Below, one piece after another: positions 20,022 to 28,885 of a stretch of 64,000 bases of DNA. The stretch covers positions 4,285 through 68,284 of the forward strand of contig JAJQBL010000007.1 in assembly GCA_021203325.1 (NCBI GenBank), in the 5' to 3' direction. Below the pieces are notes generated by a model that was given only the letters and a program-made list of their open reading frames with translations, did not search any database and had not been told where the DNA came from. Numbering within the stretch: the first letter of the stretch is position 1; every line of letters starts with the position of its first letter. This DNA comes from Clostridiales bacterium (GTDB taxonomy: Bacteria; Bacillota; Clostridia; Oscillospirales; Oscillospiraceae). A program made the position numbers and the translations under genes.

Positions 20022-20315
20022 ATGGAAACGGAAACAGCCAGAGGCTACAGCTGTGAGGAGCTGATCGCCATTTACCAGCGGGCGGGCAGCGTGGAGCTGC
20101 CTGCCCTGGAGGCCGCAGCGGCGGAGCTGTACCCCGGACGGATGGACGGGGACGCCCCGGCCAACATCCAGGTGGAAACCGGCAATCATGGCCGCTGGTT
20201 CCGCCGGGAGGCCGGCAAAGGCAAGGAGCCTGCCTATGAAGCGCCCAAATACACCATCAAGAGCCGCCTGAACTGGGTGGGTGTGATGGAGGACGGAAGC
20301 GCGCTGGCCTATTGA
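20022..20315 (+). CDS. Hypothetical protein (97 aa)
   Basis: ORF with codon usage like its neighbours. It has no obvious RBS and no recognised family. Confidence 0.3.
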   Translation: METETARGYSCEELIAIYQRAGSVELPALEAAAAELYPGRMDGDAPANIQVETGNHGRWFRREAGKGKEPAYEAPKYTIKSRLNWVGVMEDGSALAY

Positions 20316-20379
20316 GTCCATACGAAGCCCCCGCCGGGTGACCGGCAGGGAACTGCAATCAAATGACAAGGAGCACCCC

Positions 20380-21183
20380 ATGTCAACATCCATTCTTTTT
20401 CTAGGCACCGGCGACGCCATGCCCATGCTGCGCTACAACACCTGCTGGCTGCTGGAGCAGCCTGAGGCGTCCCTTCTGGTGGACGGCGGCGGCGGTCTGG
20501 AGACGGTGAAGCGCCTGCACAGACTGAACTACGACCTGAACCGCATCCGCGCCATCTTCCTGACCCACGGCCACACCGACCATCTGCTGGGGGCCATCTG
20601 GGTGCTGCGGTCCATCGGCCAGCAGATGCGGCGGGGCGGCTATGAAGGAGAACTTCGGGTGCTGGCCCACAGGGAGCTGTGCGAGCTGGTGGACACCATC
20701 TGCCGCACCTCCCTCAACGGGCCGGTTTACGACCTGTTCGGCAGCCGCATCCTCCTGTGTCCCGTGGAGGACGGGGAGACGATGGCAGCGGCGGGGCTGA
20801 CCCTGACCGCCTTTGACATCCACTCCATCAAGCTCCGGCAGTTCGGATTCCGCGCCCTGCTGCCGGACGGCACAAGCGTGGTCACATTGGGGGATGAACC
20901 CTTTCAGGAGGACTGCCGCCCCTATGTGGAGGGGGCGGACTGGCTGCTCAGCGAAGCCTTCTGCCTCTACGAGGACCGGGAGCGGTACCACCCCTACCGC
21001 ATCAGCCACGCCACCGCCCTGGACGCCGGCCGCAACGCGGCCTCGCTGAACGCGAAGAATCTGGTGCTCTACCACACCCGTGACTATGGGGCGGACCGCC
21101 GGGAACGGTTCACCGCCGAGGCGCAAAGCGTATTCAGCGGGAACGTCTGGGTGCCGGAGGATTTGGAACGGATCACCCTCTGA
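20380..21183 (+). CDS. MBL-fold metallo-hydrolase (RNase Z/ElaC-like)
   Basis: Has the LTHGHTDHLLG (HxHxDH) motif. The ATG at 20380 follows CAAGGAG. Confidence 0.8.
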   Translation: MSTSILFLGTGDAMPMLRYNTCWLLEQPEASLLVDGGGGLETVKRLHRLNYDLNRIRAIFLTHGHTDHLLGAIWVLRSIGQQMRRGGYEGELRVLAHRELCELVDTICRTSLNGPVYDLFGSRILLCPVEDGETMAAAGLTLTAFDIHSIKLRQFGFRALLPDGTSVVTLGDEPFQEDCRPYVEGADWLLSEAFCLYEDRERYHPYRISHATALDAGRNAASLNAKNLVLYHTRDYGADRRERFTAEAQSVFSGNVWVPEDLERITL

Positions 21184-21208
21184 CGGCTTCCCTGTCAGAA
21201 TCAGAACG

Positions 21209-21237
21209 CAGGCCCCCTGAGCGGGGCCTGTTTTTTT
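21209..21237 (+). terminator. Intrinsic terminator after the MBL hydrolase gene
   Basis: Stem caggcccc / ggggcctg followed by T7. Confidence 0.7.
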
Positions 21238-21329
21238 CGGGAATCCCGCAAATTTTCCCGCAATCCCTGTGACTTTTCCGGCGTTTCTCCGTCTAACTTA
21301 CAGGAAACCGACAGAAGGGAGGGAACCTC

Positions 21330-21818
21330 ATGGACGCCTTTGAAACACTCTACCGCAAAAGCTCCGGCAAGGTCTACCGCTACCTGCTCTCCCTGACGGG
21401 CAGCCAGGAGCGGGCGGAGGAGCTCACCGCCGAGACCTTCTACCGGGCCTATCTCCACATCGACCGGTTCCAGGGCCGCAGCTCGGTGGACACCTGGCTC
21501 TTCTCCATCGCGAAAAACGTGTGGCGGACGGAGCAGCGGCGGGCCGGGCGGCTTGCCGACCTGCCGGAGGACCGCCCGGAGGAGGGCGACCCCTTCTGGA
21601 CGAAGCTGGAGGACCACGACAGCGCCATGGAGATTCATCTGGCCCTCCACCGTCTGCCGGAGCCCTTCCGGGAGGTGTTCACCCTGCGGGTGTTCGGGGA
21701 GCTGAAATTCGCCGACATCGGGGCGATTTTCGGCAAGTCGGAGTCCTGGGCGAAAATGACCTTCTATCGGGGCAAGGACAAGCTGCTGACCCTGTTAAAC
21801 GAGGAGGAATCATCATGA
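21330..21818 (+). CDS. ECF-type RNA polymerase sigma factor
   Basis: 162 aa with region 2 (AEELTAETFYRAY...) and region 4 (FREVFTLRVFGELKFADIGAIFGKSESWAKMTFYRGKDKL). Confidence 0.88.
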   Translation: MDAFETLYRKSSGKVYRYLLSLTGSQERAEELTAETFYRAYLHIDRFQGRSSVDTWLFSIAKNVWRTEQRRAGRLADLPEDRPEEGDPFWTKLEDHDSAMEIHLALHRLPEPFREVFTLRVFGELKFADIGAIFGKSESWAKMTFYRGKDKLLTLLNEEESS

Positions 21819-22510
21819 AGTTAAGCTGTGACCTGATTCGGGACCTGCTGCCCGCCTATGTGGAGGGGGACTGCTCCCAGGACACGAAGGCCGCCGTGGA
21901 GGAGCATCTGGCCCAGTGCGCCGACTGCCGCGCCTGCTGTCAGCGGATGGGCCACCCCATTGTGGAGCCCCCCGCCGATGACGGGGAGGCCGCCGCCCTC
22001 CGCACCTACGCGGTCAAGGTGCGCCGCCACAAGGTCCGGCGGGTGGTGGCGACGGTGGCCGCTGTCCTGGTGCTGGCCGTCCTGGGGACGGTGCTGGCGC
22101 TGACGCTGCACACCATGGTCTACCAGCGCCGCCCGCTGGTGTACGAGCAGGAGGAGGGCATCTGGAATCTGACGGAGGCGGAGCTGACCACCACCGCCGG
22201 GGAGGTGGGGACGTACACCCTCTTTACCAACTACGCCCAGATCGTCGTCACCGTAACCTGTGAGGACGAGGAGGACGGGGTGATTTACCTCTGCACCGAC
22301 GGCTCCGCCATCCGGGAATACGCCTTTGACGGGGTCAGCACCGCAGAGACCTGCATCGACGGCCTGACCTCTGCCAAATACTACCAGGTGCAGGTGGAGG
22401 GGGTTTCGGACGACACTCTGGTGACGGTCAGCGAGGGGCGAAAGACGGACTTCCTGTCCTGCCTGCTGCTGGTGCTGGAGGAGCTGTGGGCCATGCTCAC
22501 CGGAGGATGA
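21815..22510 (+). CDS. Anti-sigma factor (zf-HC2) with one TM segment and an uncharacterised extracytoplasmic domain
   Basis: Its ATG overlaps the sigma-factor stop (ATGA). The motif is H-x3-C-x2-C (EEHLAQCADCRAC), followed by a hydrophobic segment VVATVAAVLVLAVLGTVLALTL. Confidence 0.8.
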   Translation: MKLSCDLIRDLLPAYVEGDCSQDTKAAVEEHLAQCADCRACCQRMGHPIVEPPADDGEAAALRTYAVKVRRHKVRRVVATVAAVLVLAVLGTVLALTLHTMVYQRRPLVYEQEEGIWNLTEAELTTTAGEVGTYTLFTNYAQIVVTVTCEDEEDGVIYLCTDGSAIREYAFDGVSTAETCIDGLTSAKYYQVQVEGVSDDTLVTVSEGRKTDFLSCLLLVLEELWAMLTGG

Positions 22511-22576
22511 CCCGACGCATGGGGGCCTTTCACAAGGCCCCCATCGTCCGCTGTTTCATTTTCGTCAGTTTACCCC

Positions 22577-22604
22577 TTGCATTTTCGCCGGGCTGTGCTA
22601 CAAT
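22577..22604 (+). promoter_or_regulatory. Promoter of the FMN riboswitch-ribU unit
   Basis: TTGCAT (22577-22582), 16 nt, TACAAT (22599-22604). Confidence 0.6.
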
Positions 22605-22619
22605 AGAACCGACAACTGA

Positions 22620-22740
22620 ACACGATGTCTTCAGGGCAGGGTGAAATTCCCGATCGGCGGTAAAGTCCGCGCGCGTAACTGCATGAACCGGTGCAACTCC
22701 GGTACCGACAGTATAGTCTGGATGAAAGAAGATGTGTTGT
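22620..22740 (+). promoter_or_regulatory. FMN riboswitch (RFN element)
   Basis: Contains the RFN core strings cttcAGGGCAGGGTGAAATTCCCGATCGGCGGTAAAGTCCGCG ... CCGGTGCAACTCCGGTACCGACAGTATAGTCTGGATGAAAGAAGA. It lies upstream of a riboflavin transporter gene. Confidence 0.9.
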
Positions 22741-22807
22741 TTTTCGAGATCGCGGCAGTGGGCGTGTTTTGTCTCCCGTCCTCCCCCTTGACCCACTCTT
22801 TGAAACA

Positions 22808-22848
22808 TAACACCTGAAGCACAGAGCGGCTCAGGTGTTAATTTTTTT
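22808..22848 (+). terminator. Riboswitch expression-platform terminator
   Basis: Stem aacacctga / tcaggtgtt followed by aaTTTTTTT, 18 nt before the ribU start. Confidence 0.75.
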
Positions 22849-22865
22849 AAAGGAGTGCGTCTCTT

Positions 22866-23459
22866 ATGAAAGGAACCACACGCAACATCACCGTCGCCGC
22901 CATGCTCTCCGCCGCGGCCTTCATCCTCATGTTCATCGAATTTCCCATCCCCATCATGCCCAGCTTCGTCAAGCTGGACATCAGCGACCTGCCCGCCCTG
23001 CTGGGCACCTTCGCCCTGGGCCCGGTCTACGGCGTGGTCATTGAACTGCTGAAAAACCTGCTCCATATCCTCATCAAGGGCACCAGCAGCGCCGGCGTGG
23101 GGGAGCTGTGCAACTTCCTGTTCGGTGCGGTGTTCGCCCTGGTGGCCGGGCTGATCTACCACTACAAAAAGACCCGCATGGGGGCCATCCTGGGCTCCGT
23201 CCTGGGGGCGCTGGCCATGGCCCTCATCAGCATCCCCCTGAACTACTTCGTGGTCTACCCTGCCTATGTGGTGTTCTACAGCCTGCCTCTGGACGCCATC
23301 ATCGGGATGTATCAGGCCATCCTCCCCTCGGTGGGCAGCCTGCTGGAGTGCCTGGTCATCTTCAACTTCCCCTTCACCCTCTGCAAGGGCCTGCTGGACG
23401 CGCTGCTGTGCTTCCTGATCTATAAGCCCCTGTCCCCCCTGCTTCACGGCAGAAAGTAA
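22866..23459 (+). CDS. ribU: ECF-transporter S component for riboflavin (RibU-like)
   Basis: 197-aa multi-TM protein beginning TRNITVAAMLSAAAFILMFIEFPIP. It is controlled by the FMN riboswitch. AAAGGAG RBS. Confidence 0.88.
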   Translation: MKGTTRNITVAAMLSAAAFILMFIEFPIPIMPSFVKLDISDLPALLGTFALGPVYGVVIELLKNLLHILIKGTSSAGVGELCNFLFGAVFALVAGLIYHYKKTRMGAILGSVLGALAMALISIPLNYFVVYPAYVVFYSLPLDAIIGMYQAILPSVGSLLECLVIFNFPFTLCKGLLDALLCFLIYKPLSPLLHGRK

Positions 23460-23464
23460 ATACC

Positions 23465-23496
23465 CCGCGGCAGGCCAGCGCCTGCCGCGTTTGTCT
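23465..23496 (+). terminator. Intrinsic terminator after ribU
   Basis: 10-bp stem cgcggcaggc / gcctgccgcg, then tttgtctg. Confidence 0.6.
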
Positions 23497-23526
23497 GTCA
23501 TAGGGGCGGATGCTCCATTGTTCAAT

Positions 23527-23566
23527 CGAACATCTGTTTGACTTCTACCCTGCCCAATGCTATAAT
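23527..23566 (+). promoter_or_regulatory. dinB promoter with an overlapping LexA (Cheo-type) box
   Basis: CGAACATCTGTTTG (23527-23540) is close to the Gram-positive LexA consensus CGAACnnnnGTTCG. TTGACT (23538-23543), 17 nt, TATAAT (23561-23566). Confidence 0.6.
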
Positions 23567-23601
23567 GAAACAATCCCATTGAGAACAGAAGGTGGGCCGC
23601 T

Positions 23602-24822
23602 GTGGACAGAGTGATTTTACACTGCGATATGAATTCCTTTTTCGCCTCGGTGGAGCTGCTGGAGCGGCCGGAGCTGCGGGATAAGCCTGTGGCCGTCTGC
23701 GGCGACCCGGGCGCCCGCCACGGCATCATCCTGGCGAAAAACGAAGCCGCCAAGCGGTACCGCATCCAGACCGCCGAAACCATCTGGCAGGCCCGGAAGA
23801 AGTGCCCGGAGCTGGTGCTGCTGCCCGCCCACCACAGCAAGTACCGGGCCGCCTCCCGGTGCATCAACGCCATCTATGACTGCTATACCGACCTGGTGGA
23901 GCCCTTTTCCATTGATGAGAGCTGGCTGGACGTCACCGGCAGCCTGCACCTGTTCCACAGAACGCCGGAGGAGCTGGGGGATGAGATCCGCCTCCGGGTG
24001 CAGCGGGAGACGGGCCTGACCTGCTCTGTAGGGGTCAGCTTCAACAAGGTGTTCGCCAAGCTGGGCAGCGACTACAAAAAGCCCAACGCCACCACCGTCA
24101 TCAGCAGAGAGAACTTCCGGCAAATCGTCTGGCCCCTCCCCGTCACCGACCTGCTGTTCGTGGGCAACGCCGCCGCCGCGGTGCTGCACCGGTACGGCAT
24201 TGAGACCATCGGCCAGCTGGCCGCCGCCGACCCGGAGGCGCTGGTGGCCTGCCTGGGGAAGCTGGGGGGGCAGCTCTCCGCCTACGCCCGTGGGGAGGAC
24301 ACTGGCCCGGTGGTGCCCCTGCGGGACGCCCCGCCCCCCAAGAGCGTGGGCAACGGCCTGACCTTCCCCCGGAACCTGGTGGGGCTGGAGGAGGTGCGCA
24401 CCGGGCTGGAGCTGCTCAGCGACAGCGTTGCCACCCGGCTGCGGCAGCTGGACAGGAAGTGTACCACCGTCCAGGTCACCATCCGGGACCCCAACTTCAG
24501 AACCATTCAGCGGCAGAAACCCCTGAATGCCCCCACCTGCCTCTCCCGGGAGCTGACCGCCGCCGCCCTGGAGCTGGTGCGGCGGAGCTGGAACCTGTCC
24601 GCCCCCATCCGTATGCTGACGGTGACGGGGCTGGGGCTGGTAGCCCAGGAGGACGCGGCGGAGCAGCTGGATCTGTTCGCCCCGGACAGCAGCGAAAAGC
24701 GGGACAGGCTGGAAAAGCTGGAGCGAACCATGGACAATATCCGCACCCGGTACGGCAAGGACGCCATTCAAATCGGCTCCCTGTCCGCCTCCCACCTGAA
24801 AGGGGAGGGCAAACCCGATTGA
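23602..24822 (+). CDS. dinB: DNA polymerase IV (Y-family)
   Basis: ILHCDMNSFFASVE N-terminus, the SIDESWLDVT motif, and little-finger region features. GTG start. Confidence 0.92.
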   Translation: MDRVILHCDMNSFFASVELLERPELRDKPVAVCGDPGARHGIILAKNEAAKRYRIQTAETIWQARKKCPELVLLPAHHSKYRAASRCINAIYDCYTDLVEPFSIDESWLDVTGSLHLFHRTPEELGDEIRLRVQRETGLTCSVGVSFNKVFAKLGSDYKKPNATTVISRENFRQIVWPLPVTDLLFVGNAAAAVLHRYGIETIGQLAAADPEALVACLGKLGGQLSAYARGEDTGPVVPLRDAPPPKSVGNGLTFPRNLVGLEEVRTGLELLSDSVATRLRQLDRKCTTVQVTIRDPNFRTIQRQKPLNAPTCLSRELTAAALELVRRSWNLSAPIRMLTVTGLGLVAQEDAAEQLDLFAPDSSEKRDRLEKLERTMDNIRTRYGKDAIQIGSLSASHLKGEGKPD

Positions 24823-24844
24823 CCACGAAGAAAGAGAGGATCAC

Positions 24845-26083
24845 ATGAAACGGAATTTCCTTTGCCTGCTTTTGGCCTTTGCCCTGCTGCTCACCGGCTG
24901 CACCGGCAGCGCTGCCCAGAGCGGGGATACTGAGGCAGAATCCTCCTCTGTCGGCGCATCCTCTGCCGCTGAGCCAGAGGCCTCCGTCAGCGCCGACCCG
25001 GAGCCGGAGGAGAGCGCCTCCAACCTGACGCCGGAGCAGGAGGAAGGCGCTTCCTCTGACGTAACCCCGGAGGAAACTGCATCGTCCTCTGATACAACGC
25101 CGGAGGAGGCCGCCTCGTCCTCCGATACGATGCCGGAGGAATCCTCCGAAACAACACCGGAGGAGGAGCCCCTGGTCTTTACCGAGGTGTCTGAAACGGT
25201 GTGGGCCACCGCCGATGTAAACATCCGCACCGGGCCGGGCACCGACACGGAGGTGGTGGCCGTCCTGTCCGCCGGGGACTCCGTCACCCGCACCGGGTAT
25301 CAGGAGGCGTGGAGCTAGGTAGACTATCAGGGGGCGGTGCGCTATATCAGCAGCCGCTACCTGACCACGGAGGAGCCGGAGGAACCGGAAGAACCGGAGG
25401 AATCCACACAGCCCGCAGAGCCTGCGGAAACCGCCGAGCCTGTGGAAACCACCGGCGGCCACATTGTAGCCATAGACCCGGGCCACCAGGCCAAGGGCAA
25501 CAGTGACCTGGAGCCCATCGGCCCCGGCGCAACGGAGAAAAAGGCCAAGGTGTCCACCGGCACCAGCGGCGTCAGCACCGGGGTGACGGAGTCCAGCCTG
25601 ACGCTGACCGTGGCCCTCCAGCTGAAGGCCGCCCTGCTGGCGGAGGGGTACCAGGTGGTGATGACCCGTGAGAGCCAGGACGTGAACATCAGCAATGCGG
25701 AGCGGGCCCAGATCGCCACCGACGCCGGGGCGGAGATTTTCATCCGCATCCACGCCAACGGCTCGGAGGATTCCTCAGTGAGCGGCATCGAGACCCTGTC
25801 CCCCTCCAGCGCCAACCCCTATGTCGGCAACCTGTATGAGGACAGCTACCGCCTGTCCAAGCTGCTGGTGAACGAGCTGTGCGCCGCCACCGGGGCGAAG
25901 AATCGGGGGGTCCAGACCTCGGACACCATGAGCGGCATCAACTGGAGCACCATGCCCGTCTCCATCGTGGAGCTGGGCTTTATGACCAACCCCACCGAGG
26001 ACCAGCTGCTCAACAGCGCCGACTACCAGGCCAAGCTGGTGGCGGGGATGGTCAACGCGGTGAACGCCTACTTCGGGTCGTGA
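24845..26083 (+). pseudogene. Lipoprotein N-acetylmuramoyl-L-alanine amidase (SH3b plus Amidase_3), interrupted by an in-frame TAG
   Basis: ORFs 24845..25318 and 25337..26083 share one frame and are separated only by TAG (25316-25318). Lipobox LLLTGC, an acidic Ser/Thr/Pro/Glu linker, an SH3b-like motif split by the stop (VNIRTGPG...GDSVTRTGYQEAWS*VDYQGAVRYISSRYL), then the amidase core (VAIDPGH...IRIHANG...VELGFMTN). Confidence 0.8.
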
Positions 26084-26113
26084 ACCGCATCTCAATAGAA
26101 TGGAGTACCTGAT

Positions 26114-26998
26114 TTGAAGCGACTGTCTGCCTTTTTTCTGGCCTTCCTCCTGCTGGTTTCCGCCGCCGGCTGCTCTGCCGGGGAGACGGAACCGGAGGGG
26201 CTGACCGTGACCTGCACCACCTACCCGGTCTACCTGATGGCCCAGGCCGTCACCGATGGGACGGAGGGCATCACCCTGTCCCTGATGATTCAGCAGGAGA
26301 TCAGCTGTCTCCACAACTATACCCTGACCATCAGCGACATGAAAAAGGTGGAGGGTGCCGACCTGATCGCCGTCAGCGGCGCAGGGCTGGAGGAGTTCCT
26401 GTCCGACGCCCTGGAGGGGCGGACGGTGGTGGACTGCTCTGAGGGCATCGACCTGCTGTGGAACGAGGAGGAGGGGGAGGACGACCCCCACTACTGGCTC
26501 TCCCCCGCCAACGCCGCCCGGATGGCCCAGACCCTGGCGGACGCCTTCGGAGAGCTGGACCCGGACAACCGGGAACAGTACCAGGCCAACGCAGCGGCTG
26601 CGGCGGCAGAGCTGGCCGCCTTTCAGACTGAACTGGCGGACAGCATCCCGGCGGACTGCCCCCGGGAGCTTATCACCTTCCACGACGGCTTTTCCTACTT
26701 CGCGGAAGCCTTCGGCTTCACCATTGTGGCCGCCGTGGAGGAGGAAGAGGGGGCGGAGGCCTCCGCCCGGCGCATTTCCGAGCTGGTGGAGCTGATTGAC
26801 CGGTACCGGCTCGCCGCCGTCTTTGTGGAGGCCAACGGCTCGGACACCACCGCCCACTGCCTTGTTGCGGAGCGGGGCTGCGCCATCGGCGTGCTGAACA
26901 TGGGCATGAGCGCCGGGGGCACCACGGAAACGGGCCTCGCCGCCTACAAGGACCTGCTGCAAGGCAACATCACCGCGATTCTGGAGGCGTATCTATGA
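26114..26998 (+). CDS. Metal (Zn/Mn) ABC transporter substrate-binding lipoprotein (ZnuA/TroA family)
   Basis: TTG start, lipobox VSAAGC, and the DPHYWLSP motif typical of cluster-9 binding proteins. Confidence 0.85.
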   Translation: MKRLSAFFLAFLLLVSAAGCSAGETEPEGLTVTCTTYPVYLMAQAVTDGTEGITLSLMIQQEISCLHNYTLTISDMKKVEGADLIAVSGAGLEEFLSDALEGRTVVDCSEGIDLLWNEEEGEDDPHYWLSPANAARMAQTLADAFGELDPDNREQYQANAAAAAAELAAFQTELADSIPADCPRELITFHDGFSYFAEAFGFTIVAAVEEEEGAEASARRISELVELIDRYRLAAVFVEANGSDTTAHCLVAERGCAIGVLNMGMSAGGTTETGLAAYKDLLQGNITAILEAYL

Positions 26999-27771
26999 GG
27001 AAACCCAAGCACATCTCTGTCCCCCAGGCGGACGCCTGCTCCGGCAGCTGCTGCCTGCGGGTGGACAACCTTTCCGTCACCCTGGACGAGGAGCGGATTC
27101 TGGAGGGCGTCAGCTTTCATATGCACTGCGGGGAGCTGATCGCCCTCATCGGCCCCAACGGGGCGGGGAAAAGTTCCCTGTTCAAGTCCATTCTGGGCCA
27201 AATGCCCCACTCCGGGGAGATCACCTTCCACACCGCCCAGGGGGCCCGCATGAAACCCCGCATTGGCTACGTCCCCCAAAGCCCCACCTTTGACAAGGGG
27301 GACCCGGTCAGCGTGCTGGACCTGTTCATCTGCGCCAGCGCCAAATGGCCGGTGTTCCTGCCGGTGCCCCAGTCCCTGCGGGAGCAGGTGCGCACCTGCC
27401 TGGCCCGTGTGAACGGGGAGGCCCTGATAGACAAGCCGGTGGGCAGCCTCTCCGGCGGCGAATTGCAGCGGGTGCTGCTGGCCATGGCCCTGGAGCCCCT
27501 GCCCAATATTCTGATTCTGGACGAGCCAATGAGCGGCGTGGACATGGAGGGGGAGCAGCAGCTCTTCCTCCTGCTGGACGACATCCGCACCCGGTACGAC
27601 CTGTCCATCCTCCTCTCCACCCACGACTTCGGCACCCTGCACCTGATGGACAAGGTGCTGCTGCTGAAAAAGCAGCTGCTGAAGGCGGGGACGCCTCAGG
27701 AGGTCATGGCCTCCCCGGAGTTTCAGGCGCTGTTCGGCGTCAGCCTTGGGAACGGAGGTGAGGGAAGATGA
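26995..27771 (+). CDS. Metal ABC transporter ATP-binding protein (ZnuC-like)
   Basis: Walker A GPNGAGKSS, signature LSGGELQR, Walker B ILILDEP. Its start overlaps the upstream stop. Confidence 0.88.
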   Translation: MRKPKHISVPQADACSGSCCLRVDNLSVTLDEERILEGVSFHMHCGELIALIGPNGAGKSSLFKSILGQMPHSGEITFHTAQGARMKPRIGYVPQSPTFDKGDPVSVLDLFICASAKWPVFLPVPQSLREQVRTCLARVNGEALIDKPVGSLSGGELQRVLLAMALEPLPNILILDEPMSGVDMEGEQQLFLLLDDIRTRYDLSILLSTHDFGTLHLMDKVLLLKKQLLKAGTPQEVMASPEFQALFGVSLGNGGEGR

Positions 27772-28617
27772 ACCTCTGGTATACGCTGGTGGATCTGCTG
27801 CCCTTTGAGTGGGCGGAGCCGGGCAGCATGTACTTTATGAAAAACGCCCTGCTGGCCATTCTGGTCATCTCCCCTCTGTTCGCGCTGCTCAGCACCATGG
27901 TGGTGGAGCATCGGATGGCCTTCTTCTCCGACGCATTGGGCCACTCCGCCTTCACCGGCATCGCCATCGGCGCCCTCTGCGGCCTGGCGGACAGCACCTG
28001 GTGTGCGGTGGCATTGTCCGTGGTCTTTGCCCTGCTGTTCACCCTGGTGCGGCAGAAGAGCAAGATGGCCAGCGACACGGTGATCGGCGTATTCTCCTCC
28101 ACCGCCATCGCCCTGGGCATCTTCATCTCCACCCTGGGGGGGCGGCAGCTTCACCAAGTTCAACAGCCTGCTCATTGGCGACATCCTCTCCGTCTCACCG
28201 GGGAAGATCGGCCTGCTGGCCCTGATTCTGGTGCTGGTGGCGGTGCTGTGGGTGTTTCAGCTGAACGGCCTGACCCTCTCCGCCGTCCACCCGGAGCTGG
28301 CGGAGAGCCGGGGCATCCGCACCGGGGTGCTGGAGGCCCTCTTCAACTGCGCCGTGGCCGTGGTGGTCACCCTCACCATGACCTGGGTGGGGCTGCTGGT
28401 CATCAACTCCCTGCTGGTGCTGCCCGGTGCGGCGGCCCGGAACCTGGCCCGGAATATGCGGCAATACACCCTGCTCTCCCTGCTGGGAGGGCTGGTCTGC
28501 GGCATCGGCGGCCTGATGGTCAGCTACTATGTGGGCACCTCCACCGGGGCCAGCATCACGCTGCTGCTGGCGGTGTGGTTCTTCCTGAGCTTCGCCCTGA
28601 GACGGGTGAAACGCTGA
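27768..28617 (+). pseudogene. Metal ABC transporter permease (ZnuB-like), frameshifted in a G7 run
   Basis: The N-terminal half is in the frame of 27768 up to ...ISTLGG. The C-terminal half (GSFTKFNSLLIGDILSVSPGKIGLL...) continues in the +1 frame, joining the 28231..28617 ORF. The junction is G7 at 28136-28142, and with six Gs the product reads TLGGGSF. Confidence 0.85.
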
Positions 28618-28632
28618 ATACGTGAATACAAA

Positions 28633-28676
28633 ACGCCTTCCGGCGGGAACGAACTTCCCCCGGAAGGCGTTTTTTG
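28633..28676 (+). terminator. Intrinsic terminator after the metal ABC operon
   Basis: Stem acgccttccgg / ccggaaggcgt followed by TTTTT. Confidence 0.75.
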
Positions 28677-28885
28677 CTGTGAAGCGGGCGGCTGTTTTTA
28701 AAGCGCGGACAGCGTGCAATCCAAAGGCTGTGGAACCGTCTCGGCGGGAGGGATTCCCCCGGTTTCGACGGAAATCGCGGTATTTTTTCGGCGGGGAAGG
28801 GCGGGCCGCCGTGCAGGAGGACTTGCAGGGCGGGGGCGGCGTCCCTGTCTGCCGGACAGGGGGCGCGCTGCACGCTGCTTCAAAC

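Noticed and set aside
25316-25318. TAG in the amidase as a pyrrolysine codon.
   Set aside because: No pyl genes or methylamine methyltransferase context appear in the window. The position is a non-catalytic SH3b residue, so a nonsense mutation or base-call error is far more likely. This cannot be fully excluded without the whole genome.
28677-28885. A GC-rich 200-bp spacer after the metal ABC terminator, examined for a small RNA or ORF.
   Set aside because: It contains only short imperfect hairpins and no promoter or terminator pair. The overlapping track ORFs translate to Arg/Gly/Pro-rich nonsense.
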